From: an uncultured Lachnospiraceae bacterium
Lineage (GTDB): Bacteria > Bacillota > Clostridia > Lachnospirales > Lachnospiraceae
Assembly (NCBI GenBank): GCA_946413945.1
Contig: CAMKMR010000001.1
Coordinates: 1 to 34,140, forward strand
Reading direction: 5' to 3'
DNA: 34,140 bases
Shown: positions 1 to 8,449 of the stretch, one piece after another
Layout of the letters: each line of letters opens with the position of its first letter
Position numbering within the stretch: the stretch's first letter is position 1
Notes under the pieces: model-generated
What the model saw: only the letters and a program-made list of their open reading frames with translations
Told to the model about the DNA's origin: nothing
Database searches by the model: none
Translations under genes and position numbers: made by a program

Positions 1-25
1 AGAGCATTAAAGGAAGAGGGATTGA

Positions 26-73
26 AAAAGCGTGAGAAAAACAGATAAAAGCGTGAGAAAAACAGATAAAAGC
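26..73. repeat. 21-bp tandem duplication upstream of the hup promoter
   Basis: AAAAGCGTGAGAAAAACAGAT at 26-46 and 47-67; a third partial copy AAAAGC runs into TTGACA. Confidence 0.9.
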
Positions 74-102
74 TTGACAAAATGCCCGCTTACCTATATA
101 AC
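74..102 (+). promoter_or_regulatory. sigma-A-type promoter for hup
   Basis: TTGACA (74-79), 17 nt, TATAAC (97-102). Confidence 0.65.
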
Positions 103-178
103 AATATAGTGCCACATAAGCCTAAAATAAAGGTTTTATGGGTTTTATACTTATATTTACTATGGAGGATAGACAGTA

Positions 179-451
179 ATGAATAAGAGCGAACTTGTTT
201 CAGCTATCGCAGAGAAGGCATCTCTTAAGAAGAGTGATGCAGAGAAGGCTGTAAAGGCATTCACAGAAGTTGTTGCTGAAGAATTAAAGAAGGGTGAGAA
301 GGTTCAGTTAGTTGGATTTGGTACATTCGAAGTACTTGAGAGACCAGCTAGAGAAGGACGTAACCCAAGAACTGGTGAGACAATGAAGATCGATGCTTCT
401 AAGGCTCCTAAGTTCAAGGCTGGTAAGGCTTTAAAGGATTCTATTAACTAA
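179..451 (+). CDS. hup: DNA-binding protein HU
   Basis: 90 aa; MNKSELV start, VQLVGFGTF and REGRNPRTGE signatures; GGAGG RBS. Confidence 0.98.
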   Translation: MNKSELVSAIAEKASLKKSDAEKAVKAFTEVVAEELKKGEKVQLVGFGTFEVLERPAREGRNPRTGETMKIDASKAPKFKAGKALKDSIN

Positions 452-480
452 TATAGACTCGTAAAGACCCAGATATAAAA

Positions 481-512
481 AGCCGTACTTTAAAAAAGGT
501 ACGGCTGTTTTT
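481..512 (+). terminator. intrinsic terminator after hup
   Basis: AGCCGTACTT / AGGTACGGCT stem followed by GTTTTT. Confidence 0.8.
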
Positions 513-542
513 ATCTAAAGGAAAGGTAAAGGGTGAAGGAAA

Positions 543-785
543 ATGAGACTAGATAAGTATTTAAAGGTTTCCCGACTCATTAAAAGAAGAACTGTAGCAA
601 ATGATGCATGTGATGCGGGAAGAGTAAAGGTTAATGATAAGGTTGCAAGAGCCTCTTATGATATTAAAGAGGGAGATCTGATAGAGATTTCATTTGGCAA
701 CAAGACAGTTAAGGCTGAAGTGTTAAAAGTGGCTGAAACTGTAAAAAAAGAAGAAACAGCAGATATGTTCAGGATAGTAGAATAG
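543..785 (+). CDS. yabO: S4-domain RNA-binding protein (YabO/RqcP, Hsp15-like)
   Basis: MRLDKYLKVSRLIKRRT S4 motif; conserved position after hup. Confidence 0.92.
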   Translation: MRLDKYLKVSRLIKRRTVANDACDAGRVKVNDKVARASYDIKEGDLIEISFGNKTVKAEVLKVAETVKKEETADMFRIVE

Positions 786-820
786 TTTGTTATATGACCT
801 TTTTATTCACAAATAAAAGG

Positions 821-849
821 TTGCCTTTGAAAGGATAAAAGTATAAAAT
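821..849 (+). promoter_or_regulatory. putative sigma-A promoter for divIC
   Basis: TTGCCT (821-826), 17 nt, TAAAAT (844-849), just after a hairpin at about 796-821. Confidence 0.5.
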
Positions 850-877
850 AATAAATGTCATTTTATTATTTTGGTGG

Positions 878-1189
878 GTGTATCAGATGAGAACAGGAGC
901 AAAGAGAAAACAATCGCATATTGGTACGTTGCTGATTCTTGCAACAGTCTTTTTGGGCATGTTTGTTTCGTCTATCAGGGTTATTAAGTTGAGACAGGAA
1001 AGCAGGGAGCTTGCGATAACAGAACAGGCGCTTGTGGCTGAATTAGAAGAGCAGAATATGGAAACGGAAAGATTAGAAAAGCTTGAAGCTTACATGAAGA
1101 CGAGAAAGTATATTGAGGATGTAGCTAAGGATAAACTTAATCTTGTATATCCTGGTGAATATGTACTTAAACCAAACAAATCAAAATAA
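878..1189 (+). CDS. divIC: septum formation initiator (DivIC/FtsB family); start may be ATG 887
   Basis: Basic N-terminus, one TM helix, coiled coil, C-terminal YIEDVAKDKLNLVYPGE motif. Confidence 0.85.
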   Translation: MYQMRTGAKRKQSHIGTLLILATVFLGMFVSSIRVIKLRQESRELAITEQALVAELEEQNMETERLEKLEAYMKTRKYIEDVAKDKLNLVYPGEYVLKPNKSK

Positions 1190-1220
1190 AAAGGTGCTAG
1201 ATTTATAGCACCTTTTATTT
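1189..1220 (+). terminator. intrinsic terminator after divIC
   Basis: AAAAGGTGCTA / TAGCACCTTTT stem with T-rich tail. Confidence 0.75.
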
Positions 1221-1243
1221 AATTTCAGAACTTATATTAGAAC

Positions 1244-2644
1244 ATGGATATTTTAAAGAAGACAGAACAATTTATTGAAAAAGAAAATATGATAAGCAAA
1301 GGAGACGGGATAGTGGTTGCTGTTTCCGGGGGAGCCGACTCTGTTGCTCTTTTTCTTTTGCTTAATGAGTTGAAAGAAAAATATGATCTTAAGTTATTAG
1401 TGGCCCATGTTAATCACATGATAAGGGGAGAGGCTGCCGATCAGGATGAAAAATATGTTAAGGATCTGGCGGGAAAATACGGCTGTCCTATAGAAGTTTT
1501 AAAAAAAGATGTTCCTTCTTTTGCCAAAGCTAATTCTATGACAGAGGAAGAGGCCGGAAGATATGTAAGATATGATTTTTTCAGAAAGCTGAAAGAAAAG
1601 TATGCTTATGATAAGATTGCAGTGGCTCATCATATGGATGATCTGGCGGAAACGGTAATATTTAATATGATAAGAGGATCGGGGATCAAGGGCCTTATAG
1701 GCATCAGTCCTGTTAGAGATGATATTATCAGACCCCTTTTATGTTTGGATAAGGATGCGATTAAGGCTTATCTAAAAGAAGAGGGGGTTTTATACTGTAC
1801 AGACGCCAGCAACTTTATTACTGATTATTCAAGAAACAGGATCAGAAATGTTATAATCCCTGAACTTGAAAAGATAAATGCAAGGGCAGTGGAACATATT
1901 GGAAGGATAAGTCTTTCAGCCAGAGAATTAACAGATGATTTTAATGAAGAGGCTGACAGACTTGAATTATCTATCCAGACAAATGAAATAAGGATTGCTG
2001 CGGCGGAGGTTGAAGAACTTAGCAGGAATGTCAGATTTGAAGTTTATTTAAGAATGATGGAAAAACTTGTTAAGAAAAGAAAGGATATTTCAGAACTTCA
2101 TCTCATGTCTATAGACAGACTTACTTTTTCGGGGGATACAGGGAAGTCGGTTGATCTGCCATATAATATGAAAGCCAGGTTAAGCTATGGCGATTTGATC
2201 ATTAAAGATATGACAGAAGGTGAAAAGGATGACAAGAGAGTAAATGATTTAAAGGATCATTTCAAGCTCGAAGTTATCGAGGCGGATCAGAAACTTATAA
2301 ATCTAGCCATAGAAAAAAAAATACCAGACGAAAAGTATGTTAAGATAGTTGATTTTGATAAAATCAAGGGAGAAATGCTATTTAGATATCCTGTTGATGG
2401 TGATACAATGGTTATCGATTCCGCAGGGAGAAAGAAAAAGCTGTCAAGGATCTTTATAGATTCAAAGATTGACAGAGAGGAAAGAGACAGGATCCCGCTT
2501 TTTTTTGCAGGAGGAAAACTTGTCTGGGCCGTGGGAGTAAGACTTTCGGCTGACAGTTTTATAAATAAAGATACAAAAAAAATTTTAAAAATATCATATA
2601 TGCCGGATCTGATCCGGAAGGAAAGGAAAGAAAATGACAGATAA
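1244..2644 (+). CDS. tilS: tRNA(Ile)-lysidine synthetase
   Basis: PP-loop SGGADS, HVNHMIRG, AHHMDDLAET, IRPLL, RNRIR motifs; tilS-hpt-ftsH synteny. Confidence 0.96.
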   Translation: MDILKKTEQFIEKENMISKGDGIVVAVSGGADSVALFLLLNELKEKYDLKLLVAHVNHMIRGEAADQDEKYVKDLAGKYGCPIEVLKKDVPSFAKANSMTEEEAGRYVRYDFFRKLKEKYAYDKIAVAHHMDDLAETVIFNMIRGSGIKGLIGISPVRDDIIRPLLCLDKDAIKAYLKEEGVLYCTDASNFITDYSRNRIRNVIIPELEKINARAVEHIGRISLSARELTDDFNEEADRLELSIQTNEIRIAAAEVEELSRNVRFEVYLRMMEKLVKKRKDISELHLMSIDRLTFSGDTGKSVDLPYNMKARLSYGDLIIKDMTEGEKDDKRVNDLKDHFKLEVIEADQKLINLAIEKKIPDEKYVKIVDFDKIKGEMLFRYPVDGDTMVIDSAGRKKKLSRIFIDSKIDREERDRIPLFFAGGKLVWAVGVRLSADSFINKDTKKILKISYMPDLIRKERKENDR

Positions 2645-3161
2645 TATCGAAGTTCTCATTAGTGAGGAAGAGGTAGACAGAAGAATTAAGGAGATGGCTG
2701 AAGAAATCTCAAAGAAATATGAAGGAAAACAGGTTCACCTTATTGGGATTTTAAAGGGCAGCGTTTTCTTCATGTGTGAGCTTGCAAAGAGGATAACAGT
2801 TCCTGTGACAATGGACTTTATTTCAGTTTCAAGCTATGGAGATGGAACAAAGTCTTCAGGAATTGTTAAGTTCAACAAGGACCTTGATGAGTCTATTGAA
2901 GGTAAGAATGTTGTTATTGTTGAAGATATCCTTGATTCAGGACGTACGCTTTCTTATGTAGTAAAGATCATGCAGGATAGAAAGCCAGCTTCTCTTGAAG
3001 TTATCACACTTCTTGATAAGCCTGACAGACGTGTTATTCCGGTTGATCTTTCAATGACAGGTTTTGTGATCCCTGATAAGTTCATTGTTGGATATGGTCT
3101 TGACTATGCTCAGAAGTACCGTAACCTTCCATTTATAGGAGTGGTTTCAGGGGTAGAGTGA
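2634..3161 (+). CDS. hpt: hypoxanthine phosphoribosyltransferase
   Basis: GILKGS, PRPP-binding IVEDILDSGRT, VGYGLDYAQKYRNLP. Confidence 0.97.
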   Translation: MTDNIEVLISEEEVDRRIKEMAEEISKKYEGKQVHLIGILKGSVFFMCELAKRITVPVTMDFISVSSYGDGTKSSGIVKFNKDLDESIEGKNVVIVEDILDSGRTLSYVVKIMQDRKPASLEVITLLDKPDRRVIPVDLSMTGFVIPDKFIVGYGLDYAQKYRNLPFIGVVSGVE

Positions 3162-3329
3162 TCATAGGTTTACATGATATGAAAGGGCTGACTCTGATAT
3201 AGTAAATTCACGCGGGTACGTGATGCAGAGTAATTGCAGGTTTTTTATACTGTGGAGAATGGTCAGCTGATATAGAGGCTGCAATAGTAGTTGGTTAGTT
3301 TGAAGTGGAAAAGTAGTTAAGGAGAAAAT

Positions 3330-5204
3330 ATGAAAAAAAAGTTGGATCCGAGTGCATTTTTCTTCGTTCTGATTTTGATTGGAATATTAATGTATGTTGT
3401 ATATTCAAATATGAATTATAATACAATCCTTTCATTTACAGATGGAATGTTAAAAGAGGCACTTAAGGATAATGAGGTTTTAGAAGTTCAGATAATACAG
3501 AATCAGCAGGTTCCGACCGGAACTGTACAGGTAACATTTAAAGATGGGACTAAGATTTCATATTACACGTCGGATGTAAATGAAACTCAGAAAATGGTCG
3601 AAAAGAATGCTGATAATAAAGTACCAGTACTTCTTCACGATGTTAAGGGGAATACCTGGCTTGAAAGAATGCTCCCGTATATATTTGCATTTATACTGGT
3701 TATTCTCTTTTTATCTATGTTTGGAAGAAGAGTACAAAGAGGCGGAGGACAGGACAGCCTTTCAAATTTTGGGAAGAGTAGAGCTAAAAAAGACCTTAAG
3801 ACAGGCATATGTTTTGATGACGTAGCAGGGCTTGAGGAAGAAAAACAGGAATTAAAAGAGATTGTGGATTTTCTTAAGGATCCAAAGAAATATACAGATA
3901 TTGGTGCCCGTATCCCTAAGGGAGTTATCCTTGTGGGACCTCCGGGAACAGGTAAGACGCTTCTTGCAAAAGCGGTATCTGGAGAGGCCGGCGTTCCATT
4001 TTTTTCAATATCAGGTTCAGATTTCGTTGAAATGTTCGTAGGCGTAGGTGCAGCCAGAGTAAGAGATCTTTTTAGCGATGCAAAGAAAAATGCCCCTTGT
4101 ATCGTCTTTATCGATGAGATCGATGCGGTTGCAAGGCGTAGAGGAACAGGTCTTGGTGGCGGTAATGATGAAAAGGAACAGACTTTAAACCAGCTGCTGG
4201 TTGAGATGGATGGTTTTGGCAAGAATTCAGGTATTATCGTAATGGCTGCCACAAACCGTGTGGACATTCTTGATCCAGCAATCCTTCGTCCGGGCAGATT
4301 TGACAGAAAAGTAACTGTCAGTCGTCCAGATGTTAAGGGCAGAGAAGAGATACTTAAGGTTCATGCAAAAGCAAAGTCCATTGGAGAAGATGTAAATTTA
4401 GCAGAGATTGCCAGAACAACATCAGGTTTCGCAGGAGCAGATCTTGAAAATCTTCTGAATGAAGCTGCCATTTTTGCAGCGGCAGATAACAGGGCTTTTA
4501 TCACAAAAGCTGATATAGATAGATCATTTATTAAGATTGGAATCGGTACAGAAAAGAAGTCAAGACTTGTACCAGAGAAGGATAGAAGGCTCACGGCCTA
4601 TCATGAGGCGGGTCATGCCATCCTTTTCCATGATCTGTCGGAGATGGATCCAGTATATGCAGTATCTATAATTCCTACAGGTGCTGATGGAGTGGGCGGT
4701 TTCACCATGCCTCTTCCGGGAAATGATAATGCATTCCGCACAAAGACTATGATGATGCAAAATATCATGGTCAGCTATGGCGGCAGGATTGCCGAGGAAC
4801 TGATGTTAAATGAAATCAGCACCGGGGCATCTGCAGATATAAGATCAGCTTCTCAGATAGCAAGAGCTATGGTAACAAAATATGGTTTCTCAGAGAAATT
4901 AGGACCTATTAATTATGAGACTGATGATAGTGATCAGGTCTTCCTTGGAAGAGAATTAGGCCATGAAAGATATTTCGGAGCCGAGATCTCTAAGGAAATA
5001 GATGCAGAGGTAAAACGCATCATAAATGAATGCTATGAAGAAGCAAAGAAGATCCTTATAAGCAGGAAGGATATATTAGAAAAATGCGCAACTCTTCTTC
5101 TTGCCAAGGAAAGGATCAGCGGCGAAGAGTTTAATGCACTTTTTGATGATGAAAATACTGTTACAAGCGAAAACACCTATACAAGTGAAAGTGCTGATGT
5201 GTAA
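3330..5204 (+). CDS. ftsH: ATP-dependent zinc metalloprotease FtsH
   Basis: Two TM segments, Walker A GPPGTGKT, Walker B FIDEID, RPGRFDR, HEAGH zinc motif. Confidence 0.97.
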   Translation: MKKKLDPSAFFFVLILIGILMYVVYSNMNYNTILSFTDGMLKEALKDNEVLEVQIIQNQQVPTGTVQVTFKDGTKISYYTSDVNETQKMVEKNADNKVPVLLHDVKGNTWLERMLPYIFAFILVILFLSMFGRRVQRGGGQDSLSNFGKSRAKKDLKTGICFDDVAGLEEEKQELKEIVDFLKDPKKYTDIGARIPKGVILVGPPGTGKTLLAKAVSGEAGVPFFSISGSDFVEMFVGVGAARVRDLFSDAKKNAPCIVFIDEIDAVARRRGTGLGGGNDEKEQTLNQLLVEMDGFGKNSGIIVMAATNRVDILDPAILRPGRFDRKVTVSRPDVKGREEILKVHAKAKSIGEDVNLAEIARTTSGFAGADLENLLNEAAIFAAADNRAFITKADIDRSFIKIGIGTEKKSRLVPEKDRRLTAYHEAGHAILFHDLSEMDPVYAVSIIPTGADGVGGFTMPLPGNDNAFRTKTMMMQNIMVSYGGRIAEELMLNEISTGASADIRSASQIARAMVTKYGFSEKLGPINYETDDSDQVFLGRELGHERYFGAEISKEIDAEVKRIINECYEEAKKILISRKDILEKCATLLLAKERISGEEFNALFDDENTVTSENTYTSESADV

Positions 5205-5268
5205 TAAATACTTAAAAAATTGAAACGAAAATTCTAAGAAAGAACAAGTATAAAAATATAAAAGATTT

Positions 5269-5302
5269 AAAGGCCTGAAAATTTATTTTTAGGCCTTTTT
5301 TT
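5269..5302 (+). terminator. intrinsic terminator after ftsH
   Basis: AAAGGCCTGAAAAT / ATTTTTAGGCCTTT stem plus T run. Confidence 0.85.
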
Positions 5303-5481
5303 AGGTGAACGGAGGGAAACTTGGTTGCTGGTGAAAGTGTACAGTTTAAACGGTTAAGTATGTTTACTTTGCATAAAACAGCGTTGCGCAAAAAGAGCAG
5401 GTAGTAAATGTTTACAAAAAAAAAGCTAAAAAAAAATGATTTTTGGATACACTTAAAGACGGAAATGTATATAATAATTCT

Positions 5482-5577
5482 TGTAACCCCCCAATACATT
5501 ATATAGTTTTTTGCTACACCCCATAAGTAACAAAATACCTTCTCCAAAAGGCCAGGCGTTCGTTGCCTGGTCTTTTT
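5482..5577 (+). ncRNA. putative C-rich small RNA of about 95 nt
   Basis: TATAAT at 5470-5475 upstream; no ORF with RBS; C-rich tracts at 5487-5492, 5519-5522 and 5537-5545; ends in a GC-rich hairpin with T tail (5546-5577). Confidence 0.55.
5546..5577 (+). terminator. intrinsic terminator of putative sRNA 1
   Basis: AAAAGGCCAGGC / GCCTGGTCTTTT stem. Confidence 0.8.
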
Positions 5578-5686
5578 CCATTTTAAGTGTTGGAATTAGA
5601 GGATATCTCTGTTCTGTCTGATAGTTGCAGATGAGACACTCCGAACGATAATTAACTTTTTTTAAGCTGCGACATATAATAAAGAA

Positions 5687-5811
5687 TAAGCAAGAAATAG
5701 TCTTAAATGAATAGTGAATTTTAGAAATAATAAGTTGCATATTATGTGATTGTTTAGTACAAAAACTGCGTTAGAGCGACAAAGGTGTTGTTTTCCTTTG
5801 TCGCTCTTTTT
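5687..5811 (+). ncRNA. second putative small RNA of about 125 nt
   Basis: CATATAAT at 5673-5680, no meaningful ORF, own strong terminator. Confidence 0.35.
5773..5811 (+). terminator. intrinsic terminator upstream of the GH13 promoter
   Basis: Perfect 13-bp stem AGAGCGACAAAGG / CCTTTGTCGCTCT followed by T run. Confidence 0.85.
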
Positions 5812-5847
5812 GTTTTCTCCTAAAAGTGGTTTGAAAAAATTTTTAAA

Positions 5848-5911
5848 ATATTTAAACGTATATTTAAACGTTTCAAATTCTCTTGTTTATTAGTATTATA
5901 TGAGTTAAAAT
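5848..5911 (+). promoter_or_regulatory. GH13 promoter with a LacI-family-like operator
   Basis: ATATTTAAACGT twice (5848-5871); near-palindrome TTTAAACGTTTCAA (5863-5876); TTGTTT (5883-5888), 17 nt, TAAAAT (5906-5911). Confidence 0.5.
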
Positions 5912-5949
5912 GGTTCTGATTGTGCGTATATGATTCGGAGGATTAAATC

Positions 5950-8049
5950 ATGCAGGAAGATAAAGTGTTACATGCTATAGAGTATTTTTGTAACTCGGTA
6001 AAGATAATCAATTTTGGAGCTCTCTTTGCAGATGGTACTGATGAATATTGCTGCCCATCTGAGCCTATGGTCGGAGATGACATCAGACTTAGATTCAGAA
6101 CAGCGAAGGATAATGTGGATTCCGTTTTTGTAACTGTAAATGATGACAGGATAGAAATGAAGGTTGTTGAGAGTGACGCCTTATTTGATTATTATGAAAC
6201 TGTACTTTTAAGTGTAACTGAAAGAATAAGATACTTCTTTGAGGTTCATGCTGGAAAAGTTACAATTTTTTATAACAAGATTGAAATTCAGAAAAATGTA
6301 AATAGAGATTATGATTTTGAAGTTCTTCCTGGTTTTAAGACGCCGGATTGGGCAAAAGGTGCAGTAATGTATCAGATCTATGTTGATAGATTCTGCAATG
6401 GAGATAAGACCAATGACGTCCTTTCCAATGAATATTATTATATAGATAAGCCGGTAAAAAAGGTTGAAGATTGGGATAAGTATCCTGAAAATCTTGATGT
6501 GTCTAATTTCTATGGCGGGGATCTTCAGGGTGTTATAGATAAACTGGATTACCTTAAAGATTTAGGGGTAGATGTTATCTACTTTAATCCATTATTTGTA
6601 TCACCATCAAATCATAAGTACGATATTCAGGATTATGATTATATCGATCCACATTATGGAAAGATAGTTAAGGATGAGGGAGAACTTCTTCCAGAAGGAT
6701 CAAGTGATAACAGAGAAGCTACAAGATATGTAAGAAGAGTTACTGATAAGGAAAATCTTGAAGCTTCAAATGCACTCTTTGCTCATCTTGTTGAAGAAGC
6801 TCATAAGAGAGATATGAAAGTCATACTCGATGGGGTATTCAACCACTGCGGATCATTTAACAAATGGCTCGACAGAGAAAAAATCTATGACATGAATCCG
6901 GAATATGAAAAAGGAGCTTATATAACTAAGGATTCGCCTTATAATTCATTTTTCCTTTTCCATGATAATGCGGATAATAAGTGGCCTGATAATAACAGCT
7001 ATGACGGATGGTGGGGACATGACACCCTTCCAAAGCTTAATTATGAGGACTCGGAGAAACTTCATGACTATATCATGAGAATTGGTAAGAAATGGGTCTC
7101 TCCACCATACAACTGTGATGGCTGGAGACTCGACGTGGCAGCAGATCTGGGACGTTCAGAGGAATATAATCACAGATTCTGGAGAGATTTCAGGGAAGCT
7201 GTTAAATCTGCAAATCCAAATGCTATTGTCCTTGCGGAACATTATGGAGATCCAAAATCATGGCTCAAGGGTGATCAGTGGGATACAATCATGAATTATG
7301 GGGCCTTTATGGAACCTATTACCTGGTTCCTTACAGGACTTGAAAAGCACAGCGATGAATTCCGTGGAGACTGTCTGGGAAATCCTGATATGTTCATAGG
7401 ATCTTTAAGACACTATATGTCATTCTTTATGCATGGTTCTTTATATGTTGCCATGAATGAACTTTCCAATCATGATCATTCAAGGTTCCTTACAAGAACC
7501 AACAGACGAGTTGGAAGAATCAATACATTAGGTGCAGAAGCTGCAAATGAAAATGTCAGCAAGGCGATAATGAAGGAAGCTGTTCTTTTCCAGATGACAT
7601 GGCCGGGGGCTCCTACTATTTACTATGGAGATGAGGCTGGCGTATGTGGATGGACAGATCCTGATTCAAGACGTTCATATCCTTGGGGCAGGGAAGATCA
7701 TGAGATGATCCGTTTCCACAAAGATATGATAAAGATCCATAAGCAGTACGACGCAATAATGAGAGGATCGGTAATGTTCCTTCATGGTGAGAATAAATGT
7801 GTCGCTTATGCCAGATTTACAAGAAAACAGGCAGTAGTTGCTGTTATGAATGTGGATTATTCTGATAAGGAATTAAGACTTCATGTTACAAGGCTTGGAG
7901 TTAAGAATAACAAGATAATGAAGAGGATCATGGTAACAGGAGAAAATTCTTATGACATGACAGAAGTTCCGTATATGGTACAGAATAATGTACTTACAGT
8001 GGTAATTCCTAAGATGTCATCGGTTCTTTTTGTTACAGATATTGATTGA
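5950..8049 (+). CDS. GH13 alpha-glycosidase (cyclomaltodextrinase/neopullulanase-like), cytoplasmic
   Basis: YQIYVDRF, GGDLQG, DGVFNH, GWRLDVA (nucleophile), AEHY, LSNHD, PTIYYGDE; no signal peptide. Confidence 0.92.
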   Translation: MQEDKVLHAIEYFCNSVKIINFGALFADGTDEYCCPSEPMVGDDIRLRFRTAKDNVDSVFVTVNDDRIEMKVVESDALFDYYETVLLSVTERIRYFFEVHAGKVTIFYNKIEIQKNVNRDYDFEVLPGFKTPDWAKGAVMYQIYVDRFCNGDKTNDVLSNEYYYIDKPVKKVEDWDKYPENLDVSNFYGGDLQGVIDKLDYLKDLGVDVIYFNPLFVSPSNHKYDIQDYDYIDPHYGKIVKDEGELLPEGSSDNREATRYVRRVTDKENLEASNALFAHLVEEAHKRDMKVILDGVFNHCGSFNKWLDREKIYDMNPEYEKGAYITKDSPYNSFFLFHDNADNKWPDNNSYDGWWGHDTLPKLNYEDSEKLHDYIMRIGKKWVSPPYNCDGWRLDVAADLGRSEEYNHRFWRDFREAVKSANPNAIVLAEHYGDPKSWLKGDQWDTIMNYGAFMEPITWFLTGLEKHSDEFRGDCLGNPDMFIGSLRHYMSFFMHGSLYVAMNELSNHDHSRFLTRTNRRVGRINTLGAEAANENVSKAIMKEAVLFQMTWPGAPTIYYGDEAGVCGWTDPDSRRSYPWGREDHEMIRFHKDMIKIHKQYDAIMRGSVMFLHGENKCVAYARFTRKQAVVAVMNVDYSDKELRLHVTRLGVKNNKIMKRIMVTGENSYDMTEVPYMVQNNVLTVVIPKMSSVLFVTDID

Positions 8050-8087
8050 TTACAGGTAAGCTTTTTTAAATAATCTGCAGTTAAAAA

Positions 8088-8163
8088 ATAACTGATGTAT
8101 CAGGAAATGGTTGCTGTATCAAGAGATAACTGATGTATCAGGAAATGATTGATGTATTAAAAA
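8088..8163. repeat. degenerate 19-bp tandem repeat, 4 units with 38-bp higher-order period
   Basis: ATAACTGATGTATCAGGAA at 8088 and 8126, alternating with variants at 8107 and 8145. Confidence 0.8.
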
Positions 8164-8189
8164 TGACGCGTGCCCCGCGTCATTTTTTT
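8159..8189 (+). terminator. intrinsic terminator after the GH13 gene
   Basis: AAAAATGACGCG / CGCGTCATTTTT stem plus T run. Confidence 0.85.
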
Positions 8190-8249
8190 GGATATGATAT
8201 TTTGTAGGTTAAGAAGCAGCATGAGTTATTGTTGGTCAAAACTATAACA

Positions 8250-8335
8250 AAGAAAAAATAAAGAAAATAGAAAAAGATAAGGATAGAGAAAAAAGATAGA
8301 GAAAAAGATAAGGATAAAGAAAAAAATAGAAAGAC
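8250..8335. repeat. purine-rich low-complexity repeat
   Basis: Iterated AGAAAAAGATAAGGATA / AGAAAAAAGATAG units, essentially C-free. Confidence 0.7.
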
Positions 8336-8356
8336 AAAATTTGTTCAGACAAAATT

Positions 8357-8370
8357 AGAACGAATGTTCG
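8357..8370. promoter_or_regulatory. LexA SOS box (Cheo box)
   Basis: AGAACGAATGTTCG matches the Firmicutes GAAC-N4-GTTC consensus, just upstream of the uvrB -35. Confidence 0.9.
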
Positions 8371-8379
8371 GAAAAATCC

Positions 8380-8408
8380 TTGCTGTTATATAAATGGAAT
8401 GTTATAAT
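8380..8408 (+). promoter_or_regulatory. uvrBA sigma-A promoter
   Basis: TTGCTG (8380-8385), 17 nt, extended -10 TGnTATAAT (TATAAT at 8403-8408). Confidence 0.8.
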
Positions 8409-8449
8409 CAAAGCTAGCGGTAAATGTTTTTTTTTAAGAGGATCAAATA

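Noticed and set aside
3185-3272. c-di-AMP (ydaO) riboswitch
   Set aside because: GCTGA, GGTACG and GTCAGCT occur in order, but the conserved G-rich and C-rich core segments are absent.
5212-5740. Minus-strand ORFs 5212-5547 and 5453-5740
   Set aside because: They cross + strand terminators and homopolymer runs, have atypical composition and no recognisable motifs.
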